Positions 9,838 to 19,059 of a stretch of 64,000 nt of DNA are shown in pieces. Every line of letters starts with the position of its first letter. The first letter of the stretch is position 1. The translations under genes and the position numbers were made by a program. The notes below the pieces were generated by a model that was given only the letters and a program-made list of their open reading frames with translations, was not told the DNA's origin and searched no databases. Location: IMG/VR virus record IMGVR_UViG_3300044712_000810, positions 186,001 to 250,000 of that record; one strand, 5' to 3'.

Positions 9838-11325
9838 TTAATATTTTTTATATACTTTAATTTTACCAGTGAATGCGGCAGATGGTGTTAATGTAATTGT
9901 CGTCGAAGTATCAGGTCCATTATATCTGTATGCATATTGTCCAGTTTGGATATCACTTGATGATGTTCCATTTTGCCAATTACATACAATTGTTTTTGAA
10001 TATTTAAAGAATTTTGTAATACAATGCGATGCTCCACCATAACAGGCTGAAGGTCTAGCATTATCACGACCACCTAGTGCAGAACTAGCAGAATAAAAAT
10101 AATTTCTAGCATAATTCGCGGCAGTTACATCTGCTCCAATCTGAACACCTATTGATGCAGCATTCGCATTTGGTGCATCACATACTATTTCAAGTGAATC
10201 ACAATCAGAGAAATCGATTGTAAGTGGAGCTGTACTAGCAGTATAATACTGATCATGTACAAGTTCAATGGGTTTAGTATTTTGTTTTAATAATTGTTGT
10301 GTTACTAAACGATATACTTCAACTGTTCCAGAACAATTTGCACTTGTAATAAGTTGTAATGATGTTACTGCCGATGATGTATTTGCCCATCTAGATCCAT
10401 ATACACCCATTCTATCTGTTGCATTAGTTCTATATCTTTGCATTGTGGATGTTGACAGTCGTTGTGATCCTGTTTTTAAATTAATTTCTGTAATCCAGTG
10501 CTCAGTTCCACTATTTGCAGCTGTATCACAACCACCAACCAAAAGTCCAGTATATGATGCGTTTTGTGAATCGGATGCTCCAAATAAAGTTGATCCGTTA
10601 TGTCCATAATAATTTAAAAAATAATTTGTATAAGTACTATCACCATTAGGTCTAACCCATAAATATGTAAATGCACCGGAGGCATTATATATCTTAGAAA
10701 CAATTCTAATATTTGGTGTAGATTCACCATCAATAGCAATAGTTTGATTTAATGTCGTATTATTTAAAGTATATGATCCAATTAATTCATATGTAGCTAA
10801 GTTTGTAACTTTAATATCTTGCCATTTATAAACAGTAATAGTACCAGTAAATGCGGCAGTTGCTGTTAATGTCAATGTATTCATTACAGCCGAACCAAGA
10901 TATATTGATCCATGTGTTTGAGCGTATAATACACCAGCACTTTGAATTGGATTTATATCATACCAACATTTAGATGTTTTATCGAATATAGTTTGTGTAA
11001 ATGATGGTGTTCCAACAGATAAATTAATTCCTGCGGATGTTACTTGTGATGCACCAACACTTGAACCATTATATGCAGCTATAGCTTGTTGTTTATAGTT
11101 GGCGGCAGTTTGATCTGTATCTAAATATGCATAAATAGCCGCAGAACTAGCGGAACATTGTGTTTCAATCATAAATTTAGTACAGTTACTAATATCAAAA
11201 CTACCAGAAGGTGTAGTACCATTAAATGTTAAAGTTTTTACTTTAACCCAGTTAGTATTCTCCTGTGGATTAACACCGGAAAGCCATTTACTGATATCTA
11301 GATTCTCTTGAGTAGATAATTTCAT
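9838..11325 (-). CDS. Putative virion/tail-fibre protein with three beta-rich repeats (paralog 3)
   Basis: Same conserved blocks as the other two copies. Confidence 0.65.
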   Translation of the reverse strand: MKLSTQENLDISKWLSGVNPQENTNWVKVKTLTFNGTTPSGSFDISNCTKFMIETQCSASSAAIYAYLDTDQTAANYKQQAIAAYNGSSVGASQVTSAGINLSVGTPSFTQTIFDKTSKCWYDINPIQSAGVLYAQTHGSIYLGSAVMNTLTLTATAAFTGTITVYKWQDIKVTNLATYELIGSYTLNNTTLNQTIAIDGESTPNIRIVSKIYNASGAFTYLWVRPNGDSTYTNYFLNYYGHNGSTLFGASDSQNASYTGLLVGGCDTAANSGTEHWITEINLKTGSQRLSTSTMQRYRTNATDRMGVYGSRWANTSSAVTSLQLITSANCSGTVEVYRLVTQQLLKQNTKPIELVHDQYYTASTAPLTIDFSDCDSLEIVCDAPNANAASIGVQIGADVTAANYARNYFYSASSALGGRDNARPSACYGGASHCITKFFKYSKTIVCNWQNGTSSSDIQTGQYAYRYNGPDTSTTITLTPSAAFTGKIKVYKKY

Positions 11326-11362
11326 CAATATATCTCCTATTTAAATTTTAATTACAATAAAA

Positions 11363-11386
11363 AGTGAGTGGGAATAACCCACTCAC
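11363..11386 (-). terminator. Hairpin at end of family A array
   Basis: GTGAGTGGG-AATAA-CCCACTCAC with T-run on minus strand. Confidence 0.6.
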
Positions 11387-11387
11387 G

Positions 11388-11687
11388 TCATAAATCCATA
11401 ATTAATTTTTTTTGCATTTCTAATAACATATCATCGTCATATAGATTTGATATGATTTCATATAAATGTATACTTTTAAAAACATCTGGCGTGTATTTAT
11501 TTGCGTCGATGTATTTTTTTCTATTTAAGTATGTGTATACTCGAAAATCACCCGTTATACAACATTTGATTTGTAAATCTTTGAACAGTTGCGATACATA
11601 ATAGTAACCAACTGCATTTTTAATACCATCCGTACTATATTTGTTAATAAATAGCATTATTAAATCAGTATGTTCTTCTGGTATCAT
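11388..11687 (-). CDS. Small paralog, family A
   Basis: Ends YDDDMLLEMQKKLIMDL. Confidence 0.8.
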   Translation of the reverse strand: MIPEEHTDLIMLFINKYSTDGIKNAVGYYYVSQLFKDLQIKCCITGDFRVYTYLNRKKYIDANKYTPDVFKSIHLYEIISNLYDDDMLLEMQKKLIMDL

Positions 11688-11977
11688 AACAACGCTATTA
11701 TAATCTTTTGTATTTTTAATCTTTGCGAATCAGTCAATCCAAACCTATTAACTACATCAACATACATTTGTCTCATACAACTATGATAACGACTTGATAT
11801 ATTATGAATATACTCACGATGATAATACATAAACTCATTTCCAAAATCTTTAGATATTATCATATTATATTCATTTAATATTGCGATTGTTACACTCACA
11901 TTTAATATTTGTTTAATTAAAGCCTCATCTCGAACAACATCACATAATGTTTCAACTAACTCGATGTCACTACTCAT
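11684..11977 (-). CDS. Small paralog, family A
   Basis: Start MSSDIEL at ATGA overlap; ends QKIIIALL. Confidence 0.75.
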   Translation of the reverse strand: MSSDIELVETLCDVVRDEALIKQILNVSVTIAILNEYNMIISKDFGNEFMYYHREYIHNISSRYHSCMRQMYVDVVNRFGLTDSQRLKIQKIIIALL

Positions 11978-12258
11978 ATTGCATGTTCCAGTATATATTT
12001 TTGTATTTTCACGCAAAGATCTTCATCCCAGAAATGATCAACAACTTTAACGAATATTTGTTCGTGTACATATGATTCGTATGTTTCATATGTTTTATTA
12101 TTATATTTGTATAAATAAGGTGCTTTTAGGTCGAAATCTTTATCAAGATTTTCAACACTTATGTTTAACACGTTATATGGAGCAATAGCAGTTTCTGGTT
12201 CTACTACTATCCAAAATTCATGTATTAACTTTTCTTCTAACTTATTAACATTGTTCAT
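11974..12258 (-). CDS. Small paralog, family A
   Basis: Ends WDEDLCVKIQKYILEHAI. Confidence 0.8.
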   Translation of the reverse strand: MNNVNKLEEKLIHEFWIVVEPETAIAPYNVLNISVENLDKDFDLKAPYLYKYNNKTYETYESYVHEQIFVKVVDHFWDEDLCVKIQKYILEHAI

Positions 12259-12536
12259 ATTATGTGTTCCAGTACATACTTGTTTAATGCGGTTACTAGA
12301 TCTTCGTCGTACAAAGCACGAAAGACAAATACGAATGTTGAGAATCCACTAATTTGTAATGTGGATGGTAATTCATATGTTTTATCACCATGCACGAATA
12401 ATACTTGTGCATTTTCTGTAACATTAAATGTTATTCCTAACTTTTCATACATGTTTGATACTACGAATGTTCTATGTGACCAGAAGATCTTCAACAAATC
12501 CATTTCTTCATCAGACAATGGTGTTAATTTGCTCAT
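12255..12536 (-). CDS. Small paralog, family A
   Basis: Ends YDEDLVTALNKYVLEHII. Confidence 0.8.
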   Translation of the reverse strand: MSKLTPLSDEEMDLLKIFWSHRTFVVSNMYEKLGITFNVTENAQVLFVHGDKTYELPSTLQISGFSTFVFVFRALYDEDLVTALNKYVLEHII

Positions 12537-12784
12537 ATGTGTTCTACCACAAACTTCTGCATTCTAAGCATCATGTCATCATCCATCATTTCACAAATAA
12601 CATCAACCCATTGTCCATGCTCATATATTTCACCTTTATAGTGTACTCCAAAATTAGGTAAGTCCTCATCACATTCAATCTCGATATTAAGTAAATTTAG
12701 AAGTGCAGTATATCGAAAATCATATACTTTTTTAAATGTATTATAAAATAATATGGCAAACTTTCTACGTTCTAATGGAGTCAT
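12533..12784 (-). CDS. Small paralog, family A
   Basis: Ends MDDDMMLRMQKFVVEHI. Confidence 0.8.
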   Translation of the reverse strand: MTPLERRKFAILFYNTFKKVYDFRYTALLNLLNIEIECDEDLPNFGVHYKGEIYEHGQWVDVICEMMDDDMMLRMQKFVVEHI

Positions 12785-13002
12785 ATGTCAATAATTAATG
12801 CTTTAATAAGTTTTTCTCGAAGTTCATCATCAACAAGTTGTGATAATACTGTTTTCCACATTCCATGTTTTGCCATTTTATCTTTATAAAATACATATTC
12901 ATTATTATTAGACAATTCAGGTATACGTGAATATAAATCAGTATCAGGTCTTTTAAGTGCATAAAATTCATCAATTAGTTCAAACAACTCATTATCGGTC
13001 AT
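12781..13002 (-). CDS. Small paralog, family A
   Basis: Ends DDELREKLIKALIIDI; close duplicate of 12999..13217. Confidence 0.8.
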   Translation of the reverse strand: MTDNELFELIDEFYALKRPDTDLYSRIPELSNNNEYVFYKDKMAKHGMWKTVLSQLVDDELREKLIKALIIDI

Positions 13003-13217
13003 ATGTGTACTATTGCTACTTTTATAAGTTTTTCACGCAATTCATCATCAATAATTTCAGGCAAGATATCTTGCCACCAACCATGTTGTACCTTCTTACC
13101 TTTATATTCAACCCCATCACCGTGTTCTATTAATTCAGGTATATGATCATAAAGACAAAATGGTATAGGTTTATGATAAAATGAATCTATAAGTTTACAT
13201 AGTTCGTGATCTGTCAT
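12999..13217 (-). CDS. Small paralog, family A
   Basis: Ends DDELREKLIKVAIVHI. Confidence 0.8.
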   Translation of the reverse strand: MTDHELCKLIDSFYHKPIPFCLYDHIPELIEHGDGVEYKGKKVQHGWWQDILPEIIDDELREKLIKVAIVHI

Positions 13218-13485
13218 GTTTTACCTTCTGTTTACGTACTTCACGTTCAAACTGAACTATCTCAGTCATCTTTTGACGTATGTTGTCGTCTAAGATCTTA
13301 TTAAATAATATAAACCAGAAATGATCTATGCGTTCAAGTATAAAATCTCGTATGTTTGTAGTTTTATCTTTATAAGATATATTATAATTTCCATTATCTG
13401 TAATGCCAAAATATGTATAATAATTAATTTTACCATTAGTGTATAATAGAAATTCACTTATAAGTTTACGTTTACTTAATTTCAT
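13195..13485 (-). CDS. Small paralog, family A (aberrant C-terminus)
   Basis: FGI..YKDK core and LDDNIR present, but basic tail replaces the terminal motif. Confidence 0.7.
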   Translation of the reverse strand: MKLSKRKLISEFLLYTNGKINYYTYFGITDNGNYNISYKDKTTNIRDFILERIDHFWFILFNKILDDNIRQKMTEIVQFEREVRKQKVKHDRSRTM

Positions 13486-13766
13486 AGTGCTTGTATTAAA
13501 CACTTTTGAATGTTAAGTGCCATGTCTTCATCGAAAAATTGCGATAGTATTTCAAAATGATAATCACTCATTGGTTTACTATCTAATAATTCATTTGTAT
13601 CCAAAATAGTCCGACCTTTATATCCATATTCTCGACAATCACGAATGGTATTAGGATCATAATGAATTCCTATTTCACGAAAAGCATCGGTCCAAGTATG
13701 CCATATATTACCATTATAAATTATATCTAGAAATGTCCTTAATATATCTGCATCATGATGTGTCAT
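13482..13766 (-). CDS. Small paralog, family A
   Basis: Ends FDEDMALNIQKCLIQAL. Confidence 0.8.
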   Translation of the reverse strand: MTHHDADILRTFLDIIYNGNIWHTWTDAFREIGIHYDPNTIRDCREYGYKGRTILDTNELLDSKPMSDYHFEILSQFFDEDMALNIQKCLIQAL

Positions 13767-13951
13767 ACTCGCTCCAATAACCACTTGTTTAAGTTATTAG
13801 TCACATCAGGATCATTAATTTCTAATACTACTTTACATAAAACATCTACAGGAACATAAACATTATGTGATTGACTTATAATATCCGATTCTAAATAACT
13901 TACACCAAAACGATGTAATAGTATTCTTAAATGATGGACATTTGTACTCAT
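13763..13951 (-). CDS. Small paralog, family A-like
   Basis: Ends DPDVTNNLNKWLLERV. Confidence 0.7.
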   Translation of the reverse strand: MSTNVHHLRILLHRFGVSYLESDIISQSHNVYVPVDVLCKVVLEINDPDVTNNLNKWLLERV

Positions 13952-14205
13952 ATTCGTTCCAGTAAATACTTTTGATATGTTATGATGACTTGTGGATCTT
14001 CAAACTTATATAATAACTCCATAAAATCTTCTTTAGTTTCAGGAAACCCATCTATAATTATCTTACCATAATGATTGGTCCACCATTCTTCTGATTGTCC
14101 ACAATATCTAAATGCACATTTTCTTTTATTTCCAACATATCCATCAAGTCTAGTGACTCTTATTTCAGAACCACGTATATGATTTACTAATTCATAATAA
14201 GTCAT
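13948..14205 (-). CDS. Small paralog, family A-like
   Basis: WTNHYGKIII..FP; ends YQKYLLERI. Confidence 0.8.
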   Translation of the reverse strand: MTYYELVNHIRGSEIRVTRLDGYVGNKRKCAFRYCGQSEEWWTNHYGKIIIDGFPETKEDFMELLYKFEDPQVIITYQKYLLERI

Positions 14206-14453
14206 ACATGCTCCACTAAGTATTTTTGTATATTGAGTTTAAGATCCTCGTCCATAAGTTTTAAAATACTTTCACAAATATTACCTGTTCGCTTTTGATG
14301 TATATATGATTTATTATTAAATCGTAATAACCATCCATATGGCAATGATTCATCTTCAATTCCTATAACTTCAAATATACTTTTAGTAGGATCATCATTA
14401 GTATTAAATACATTCCAATATGTATATATTAAATCACGATATTCTTGATTCAT
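14202..14453 (-). CDS. Small paralog, family A
   Basis: Ends MDEDLKLNIQKYLVEHV. Confidence 0.8.
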   Translation of the reverse strand: MNQEYRDLIYTYWNVFNTNDDPTKSIFEVIGIEDESLPYGWLLRFNNKSYIHQKRTGNICESILKLMDEDLKLNIQKYLVEHV

Positions 14454-14698
14454 ATTACATGATCCAATAACCATTTTTGCATTTTGCTTCTAATATCATC
14501 ATCCATTAACATCATAAATGCATCGGACCATAATACAACTGAAGTTCGTTCTAAGTCCCATTGTGAGTAATCATATTCTTTATTTTTATATCGCATTTTA
14601 TATTTACTACTTGCGTCTATTTTGAAATACTTTAAAAATGAACAGGTATCATATGCTTCTTCAATAAACCATTTAACAAGTTCTTCATCCGAACTCAT
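14450..14698 (-). CDS. Small paralog, family A
   Basis: Ends MDDDIRSKMQKWLLDHVI. Confidence 0.8.
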   Translation of the reverse strand: MSSDEELVKWFIEEAYDTCSFLKYFKIDASSKYKMRYKNKEYDYSQWDLERTSVVLWSDAFMMLMDDDIRSKMQKWLLDHVI

Positions 14699-14949
14699 AA
14701 GTGCTCCAGTAAGTATTTTTGCATTGCCAGCCGAAGATCTTCATCCATGAATTGAATTATGACACTATGTATTGAATTAGGCCATATCCAATCGTATTTT
14801 TTATTCTTATAAATAAGATACTTATCCAAATCGTCGATATATTCCATACCGTTCTTATAAGTGTGTACTTCTATTCCGAACTCATCAAGTGTAGTAATAA
14901 ATTCAACACTATCCCAAAATAGATCTATTAATGTTTCATCGGCGTTCAT
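14695..14949 (-). CDS. Small paralog, family A
   Basis: Ends MDEDLRLAMQKYLLEHL. Confidence 0.8.
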   Translation of the reverse strand: MNADETLIDLFWDSVEFITTLDEFGIEVHTYKNGMEYIDDLDKYLIYKNKKYDWIWPNSIHSVIIQFMDEDLRLAMQKYLLEHL

Positions 14950-15242
14950 ATGAATTCCAACATAAACTTCTGTATCTTGACGAGCATGTCAACATCCATT
15001 ATTTGCATTATGATTCGTGTAAGATGATTTTTAGTCCAAGAAGAAAAGTTTTTCTTCATATGCACTTCATACATCTTATCATTGTATAAAACAAATCGTC
15101 TATTCCCGGATGGATTGCATTTGTATTGCAATCCTAAGTGTCTAAACACTCTATCGGGCAGTAATGATGTTTCTTTTTTATCACGTAACTTAATAATATA
15201 AGAATTCACTAAGTCTCTAGTGATTAACTTCTCTTGTTTCAC
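14946..15242 (-). CDS. Small paralog, family A
   Basis: GTG start behind AGGAG; ends MDVDMLVKIQKFMLEFI. Confidence 0.8.
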   Translation of the reverse strand: MKQEKLITRDLVNSYIIKLRDKKETSLLPDRVFRHLGLQYKCNPSGNRRFVLYNDKMYEVHMKKNFSSWTKNHLTRIIMQIMDVDMLVKIQKFMLEFI

Positions 15243-15273
15243 GTGTGCTCCTGTAATTATTATTTACCTGTAT

Positions 15274-15283
15274 ATTTCTATAT
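15274..15283 (-). promoter_or_regulatory. Putative phage promoter motif ATATAGAAAT
   Basis: Between terminator hairpin (15304-15329) and next sub-array. Confidence 0.6.
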
Positions 15284-15303
15284 GAAATCTTGAATAATAA
15301 AAA

Positions 15304-15329
15304 AGTGGACGGGCATATGCCCAATCCAC
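15304..15329 (-). terminator. Terminator-like hairpin
   Basis: GTGGA..GGGCA-TA-TGCCC..TCCAC with T-run on minus strand. Confidence 0.55.
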
Positions 15330-15331
15330 GG

Positions 15332-15634
15332 TTAAAGTCTTTTTAATACTATTTTTTGTAAGTTTATTCTCATGTCGTCATCATATAACGTTTGAAGAAT
15401 ATACTTTATATCTCTAAATTGAAGTGACATTGATGGTGTCTTCAATACCTTGTTTTTATATTTAATTTTTGTTGACATTTTATCAACTGATGCGAACTTA
15501 AAACCAAAATCATTAATTAATAAATGTAATATATCAGCTATATTATATTGTGTAACATGTTTAAAGAATTGATCAATTAAGAAATCCTTTTCATCCATAT
15601 CAACTAAGTCACCATCTAGATCTAATTCCATCAT
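15332..15634 (-). CDS. Small paralog, family A
   Basis: Ends YDDDMRINLQKIVLKRL. Confidence 0.8.
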   Translation of the reverse strand: MMELDLDGDLVDMDEKDFLIDQFFKHVTQYNIADILHLLINDFGFKFASVDKMSTKIKYKNKVLKTPSMSLQFRDIKYILQTLYDDDMRINLQKIVLKRL

Positions 15635-15867
15635 ATGCGATCCAATATGTATTTCATCATTTTAAGTTTCATATCATCATCATAAAAGTAACATAATATT
15701 CTATATAATGGTACATCATATAAAGTCTTTACCTTTACAGTAAATTGTTTATCTTTATATTTATATTTAATATACTGATTTGACATTTGAACATGTGTAA
15801 TATCCAAATGATAAAATATATCTTTGCCTACTGATAAATATGTTTTGACTAATATAGTATCAATCAT
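15631..15867 (-). CDS. Small paralog, family A
   Basis: Ends YDDDMKLKMMKYILDRI. Confidence 0.8.
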   Translation of the reverse strand: MIDTILVKTYLSVGKDIFYHLDITHVQMSNQYIKYKYKDKQFTVKVKTLYDVPLYRILCYFYDDDMKLKMMKYILDRI

Positions 15868-16118
15868 ACATACTCCAATAAGTATTTTTGCATTTTAAGT
15901 GTCATGTCATCATCGACAAGCGATTCAATTGTACTCCAGAAAGCATTGATTAATACCTTCTTATGAAACTCTTTATACTCTATTTCAAATATCATTGGTT
16001 GTCCCATCATATTATGTCGTTTAACACTAATACCTAACATGCTAAGTATAGTTAAATCATTATGTATGTATTTAGACATTACATTAAAACATGTGTTTAA
16101 TAATGTTTCATCATTCAT
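15864..16118 (-). CDS. Small paralog, family A
   Basis: Ends VDDDMTLKMQKYLLEYV. Confidence 0.8.
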   Translation of the reverse strand: MNDETLLNTCFNVMSKYIHNDLTILSMLGISVKRHNMMGQPMIFEIEYKEFHKKVLINAFWSTIESLVDDDMTLKMQKYLLEYV

Positions 16119-16363
16119 ATGCGTTCCACCAATAGTTTAAGCATTTTAATCCTTATATCTTCGTCCATAAATTGTTTTAGTACATGTGACCAATAACCAT
16201 ATCGGTCATTATCAGTAATAGGATCAATGATATATTCCTGATCTTTATAATATATTGCTTCGTAATTAAGTTGTTCATAATATGTAAGTCCAAAGTATTC
16301 ATAATACTTTACTGGGCCGAAGGTCTCTTCAAGAAACCATTCGATAAGTTTATCATCGGTCAT
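16115..16363 (-). CDS. Small paralog, family A
   Basis: Ends MDEDIRIKMLKLLVERI. Confidence 0.8.
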   Translation of the reverse strand: MTDDKLIEWFLEETFGPVKYYEYFGLTYYEQLNYEAIYYKDQEYIIDPITDNDRYGYWSHVLKQFMDEDIRIKMLKLLVERI

Positions 16364-16647
16364 ATGTGTTCAACCACATATTTTTGCATTTTTATATATA
16401 ATTCATCATCCATAATGTCGTATAACATGTTTATCCAACTATTTAAATCATATTTAGAACAGTGTGGATCAATAGCATATTTAAGTATTTCTACTTTTTT
16501 ATTTTTGTATTTAAAATATTCCATAAATGTTTTTTCTTTACTTGGAACTCCATATACTCCAAATGATTCTAGTGTATCCCATAAATTATATGGAGGTAAT
16601 TCAAATATTAATCTGAATGTTAATATAAATGTTTTATCATATTTCAT
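16360..16647 (-). CDS. Small paralog, family A
   Basis: Ends MDDELYIKMQKYVVEHI. Confidence 0.8.
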   Translation of the reverse strand: MKYDKTFILTFRLIFELPPYNLWDTLESFGVYGVPSKEKTFMEYFKYKNKKVEILKYAIDPHCSKYDLNSWINMLYDIMDDELYIKMQKYVVEHI

Positions 16648-16946
16648 ATGTGTTCCAATATATATTTCTGCATTTTAATTAATATATCATCATCAAAGAT
16701 TTCACAGAATGCATCAATCCATTTTTGTTTACCTACTGGAGTATTTGCAAGTCCGATTTTATAAATATAATGTTGTTTATTTTTGTATTTATAATGTATA
16801 TCACCATACAGAGCTTTAGGATTATATCCATCGCGATCTTCGCTACGTGAATAATCTGTGAATTCAAAGTATTCACGATATACAATATCGTTAATTGATA
16901 ATTCAACAAATGTTTTTATAAAGTCGTAGTAAGGATGTTGATTCAT
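16644..16946 (-). CDS. Small paralog, family A
   Basis: Ends FDDDILIKMQKYILEHI. Confidence 0.8.
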   Translation of the reverse strand: MNQHPYYDFIKTFVELSINDIVYREYFEFTDYSRSEDRDGYNPKALYGDIHYKYKNKQHYIYKIGLANTPVGKQKWIDAFCEIFDDDILIKMQKYILEHI

Positions 16947-17206
16947 AATGTTTTAATTATAAATTTTTGCATGTTCACGCGAAGATCTTCATCCATAAAA
17001 TGATTTAATATATATCTAAATGAATCACGATTCCATGAAGCGCCACCGTCGATTTCATATCGACATGGAGGATCATTTATATTCATCGATTTATCTTTAT
17101 AATGAATACGTTCAGGAAATGTAATTCCAATTTGATAGAATACAGTCCTGTATGGTTTGTGTTTTAGTTCATGGTCAAGATACAACTCGATTAGATCTTT
17201 GTCCAC
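16943..17206 (-). CDS. Small paralog, family A
   Basis: Ends MDEDLRVNMQKFIIKTL. Confidence 0.8.
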   Translation of the reverse strand: MDKDLIELYLDHELKHKPYRTVFYQIGITFPERIHYKDKSMNINDPPCRYEIDGGASWNRDSFRYILNHFMDEDLRVNMQKFIIKTL

Positions 17207-17532
17207 TACAACGCCTCCAGTAAGTATTTTTGTATTGCAATTCTGATATCATCATTGAATATTTGTTTCATGCATCTATAGACTGAATCACGTTGTAGTT
17301 TTGATAAATAGTATCTGTATTCAGGAACATCTATATTAATTTTTTTATTATTTAACTGTACTTCTATACCATCGTAATGTGTTTTAGTGACATAATGATA
17401 TAAAGATATATAGTTCCACTCAATATTTAAAGTTTGCAATAGGTGTTCAAATGAATAGTTCTTATATCCATTAATATAATAACAGTGCGCGTCAATAAAC
17501 AAGTTCACAAGTCTGCAATCAGCCAGTTTCAT
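17206..17532 (-). CDS. Small paralog, family A
   Basis: Ends FNDDIRIAIQKYLLEAL. Confidence 0.8.
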   Translation of the reverse strand: MKLADCRLVNLFIDAHCYYINGYKNYSFEHLLQTLNIEWNYISLYHYVTKTHYDGIEVQLNNKKINIDVPEYRYYLSKLQRDSVYRCMKQIFNDDIRIAIQKYLLEAL

Positions 17533-17795
17533 ATGTGTTCCAGTAAGTACTTCTGCATTTTGAGAATCATATCATCATCAACAATCCTCATTAAAGTATC
17601 TTGCCATGTTTCAGTATGAAACTCATGCATTTTCATTTCAAATATAATATTACCATTAATCTCAAATATCATATCACAATCTAATCTATGGAGTTTAAAA
17701 TCCAAAAACTCATCTATACTTTTATTACTTGTATTTTCATAACCAAAATACATATCACAAAACATATTAACTAACTCTTGTGTCGTGGATTCCAT
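17529..17795 (-). CDS. Small paralog, family A
   Basis: Ends VDDDMILKMQKYLLEHI. Confidence 0.8.
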   Translation of the reverse strand: MESTTQELVNMFCDMYFGYENTSNKSIDEFLDFKLHRLDCDMIFEINGNIIFEMKMHEFHTETWQDTLMRIVDDDMILKMQKYLLEHI

Positions 17796-17813
17796 GTATG
17801 GTTCCCAAACCCG

Positions 17814-18116
17814 TTATATATTTTCTATTATGTACTTTTGCATATTAAGTATGAGTCTTTCATCATGTAATTTATGAAACAATTGAATATAATTACCACG
17901 TTTCCATTTAGATAAATGTTTGCAGTTATTAATAGTAAACACTCGATTATCATATGTAACTTTAAGAGTACGTTGTTGATATTTATAAGTGATATCAAGT
18001 ACATCAAATATATCCATCCAATAAAGGTAACTTTTATCTTTACTTTTAAAGTAATTTAGAAACAGTAGTACTTCATCAGGGGCTTTAGGAAACACGTAAC
18101 ACTCCTTACAGTTCAA
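17814..18116 (-). CDS. Small paralog, family A
   Basis: Ends HDERLILNMQKYIIENI. Confidence 0.8.
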   Translation of the reverse strand: MNCKECYVFPKAPDEVLLFLNYFKSKDKSYLYWMDIFDVLDITYKYQQRTLKVTYDNRVFTINNCKHLSKWKRGNYIQLFHKLHDERLILNMQKYIIENI

Positions 18117-18387
18117 CGATTAAATGTTTTATCATATTGAGACGTATGTCGTCATCAAAGAAGTATCTGATTACTTCATAATAATTTCTAGTTCCATACT
18201 TGTGTTTAAGATCTTCCGCCCATAACTGTTTACCTTTATACTCATAATATAATACTGCTAACCTATATTCAGGATTATCTACTAATTTAATTTTAATTGG
18301 ATCATAATAATCTCTAAACCTTAATGTTACTAATGAATTAATTGAACTAACATACTTTCGCATTAGATTGTAATCGTCCAATAACAT
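18106..18387 (-). CDS. Small paralog, family A
   Basis: Ends FDDDIRLNMIKHLIVEL. Confidence 0.8.
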   Translation of the reverse strand: MLLDDYNLMRKYVSSINSLVTLRFRDYYDPIKIKLVDNPEYRLAVLYYEYKGKQLWAEDLKHKYGTRNYYEVIRYFFDDDIRLNMIKHLIVEL

Positions 18388-18388
18388 A

Positions 18389-18718
18389 TTATAAGTCCAT
18401 GATCAATTGTTTTTGTATGTTTATCTCAATGTCTTGATCAAAGAAATGTCTTATCACAGTAACATTACGTCTTTCCCAATCATATTGTATGTAATTACAA
18501 TTAGTAAGGTTAATGTAGTTATCTTTATATTTTAAATATAATGAATAAGTTCGATAATCATAATGTTGATTGATATTTAGATTAGTTAATATCGCATGAT
18601 CTCGATCCATTGCACTTTTATCACGATATAATGCAATATACTTTCGTAGTAATATATATTGATGCTTCAGTACTAATGGTGGTTTATGATATATTTGCAT
18701 AAACGGAACAACTGTCAT
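18389..18718 (-). CDS. Small paralog, family A
   Basis: Ends FDQDIEINIQKQLIMDL. Confidence 0.8.
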   Translation of the reverse strand: MTVVPFMQIYHKPPLVLKHQYILLRKYIALYRDKSAMDRDHAILTNLNINQHYDYRTYSLYLKYKDNYINLTNCNYIQYDWERRNVTVIRHFFDQDIEINIQKQLIMDL

Positions 18719-19059
18719 TACAACTCCTGTATTACATACTTCTGAACGTTAAGAAACAACTCATCATCCATAAAGTGCAATATAATACGTGGAACTTCAG
18801 TACGCCACCATGATACATGTTTCATATTTTGAGTATCGTATATTATAGTCATGTCTTTATAAGTGTATTCTGTTGCAGATGCATCATTATGTTCATTATT
18901 AGAAGTAATTCCAATATCTTTGAATTGTGTTTGTCTAGTTAAAGCATATTGTATTCCAATTTTTATTTGCATTTTAATATATTGATTGACTATTTTACGA
19001 TATTTTCTTTTATTGATTTGATTAATTGTTAGTAGTTCAGACATTTTTATTGTAGTCAA
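18718..19059 (-). CDS. Small paralog, family A
   Basis: TTG start behind GAGG; ends MDDELFLNVQKYVIQEL. Confidence 0.8.
   Translation of the reverse strand: MTTIKMSELLTINQINKRKYRKIVNQYIKMQIKIGIQYALTRQTQFKDIGITSNNEHNDASATEYTYKDMTIIYDTQNMKHVSWWRTEVPRIILHFMDDELFLNVQKYVIQEL

Noticed and set aside
2124-11325. Diversity-generating retroelement acting on fibre genes
   Set aside because: No reverse transcriptase and no template/variable repeat pair differing only at adenines was seen.
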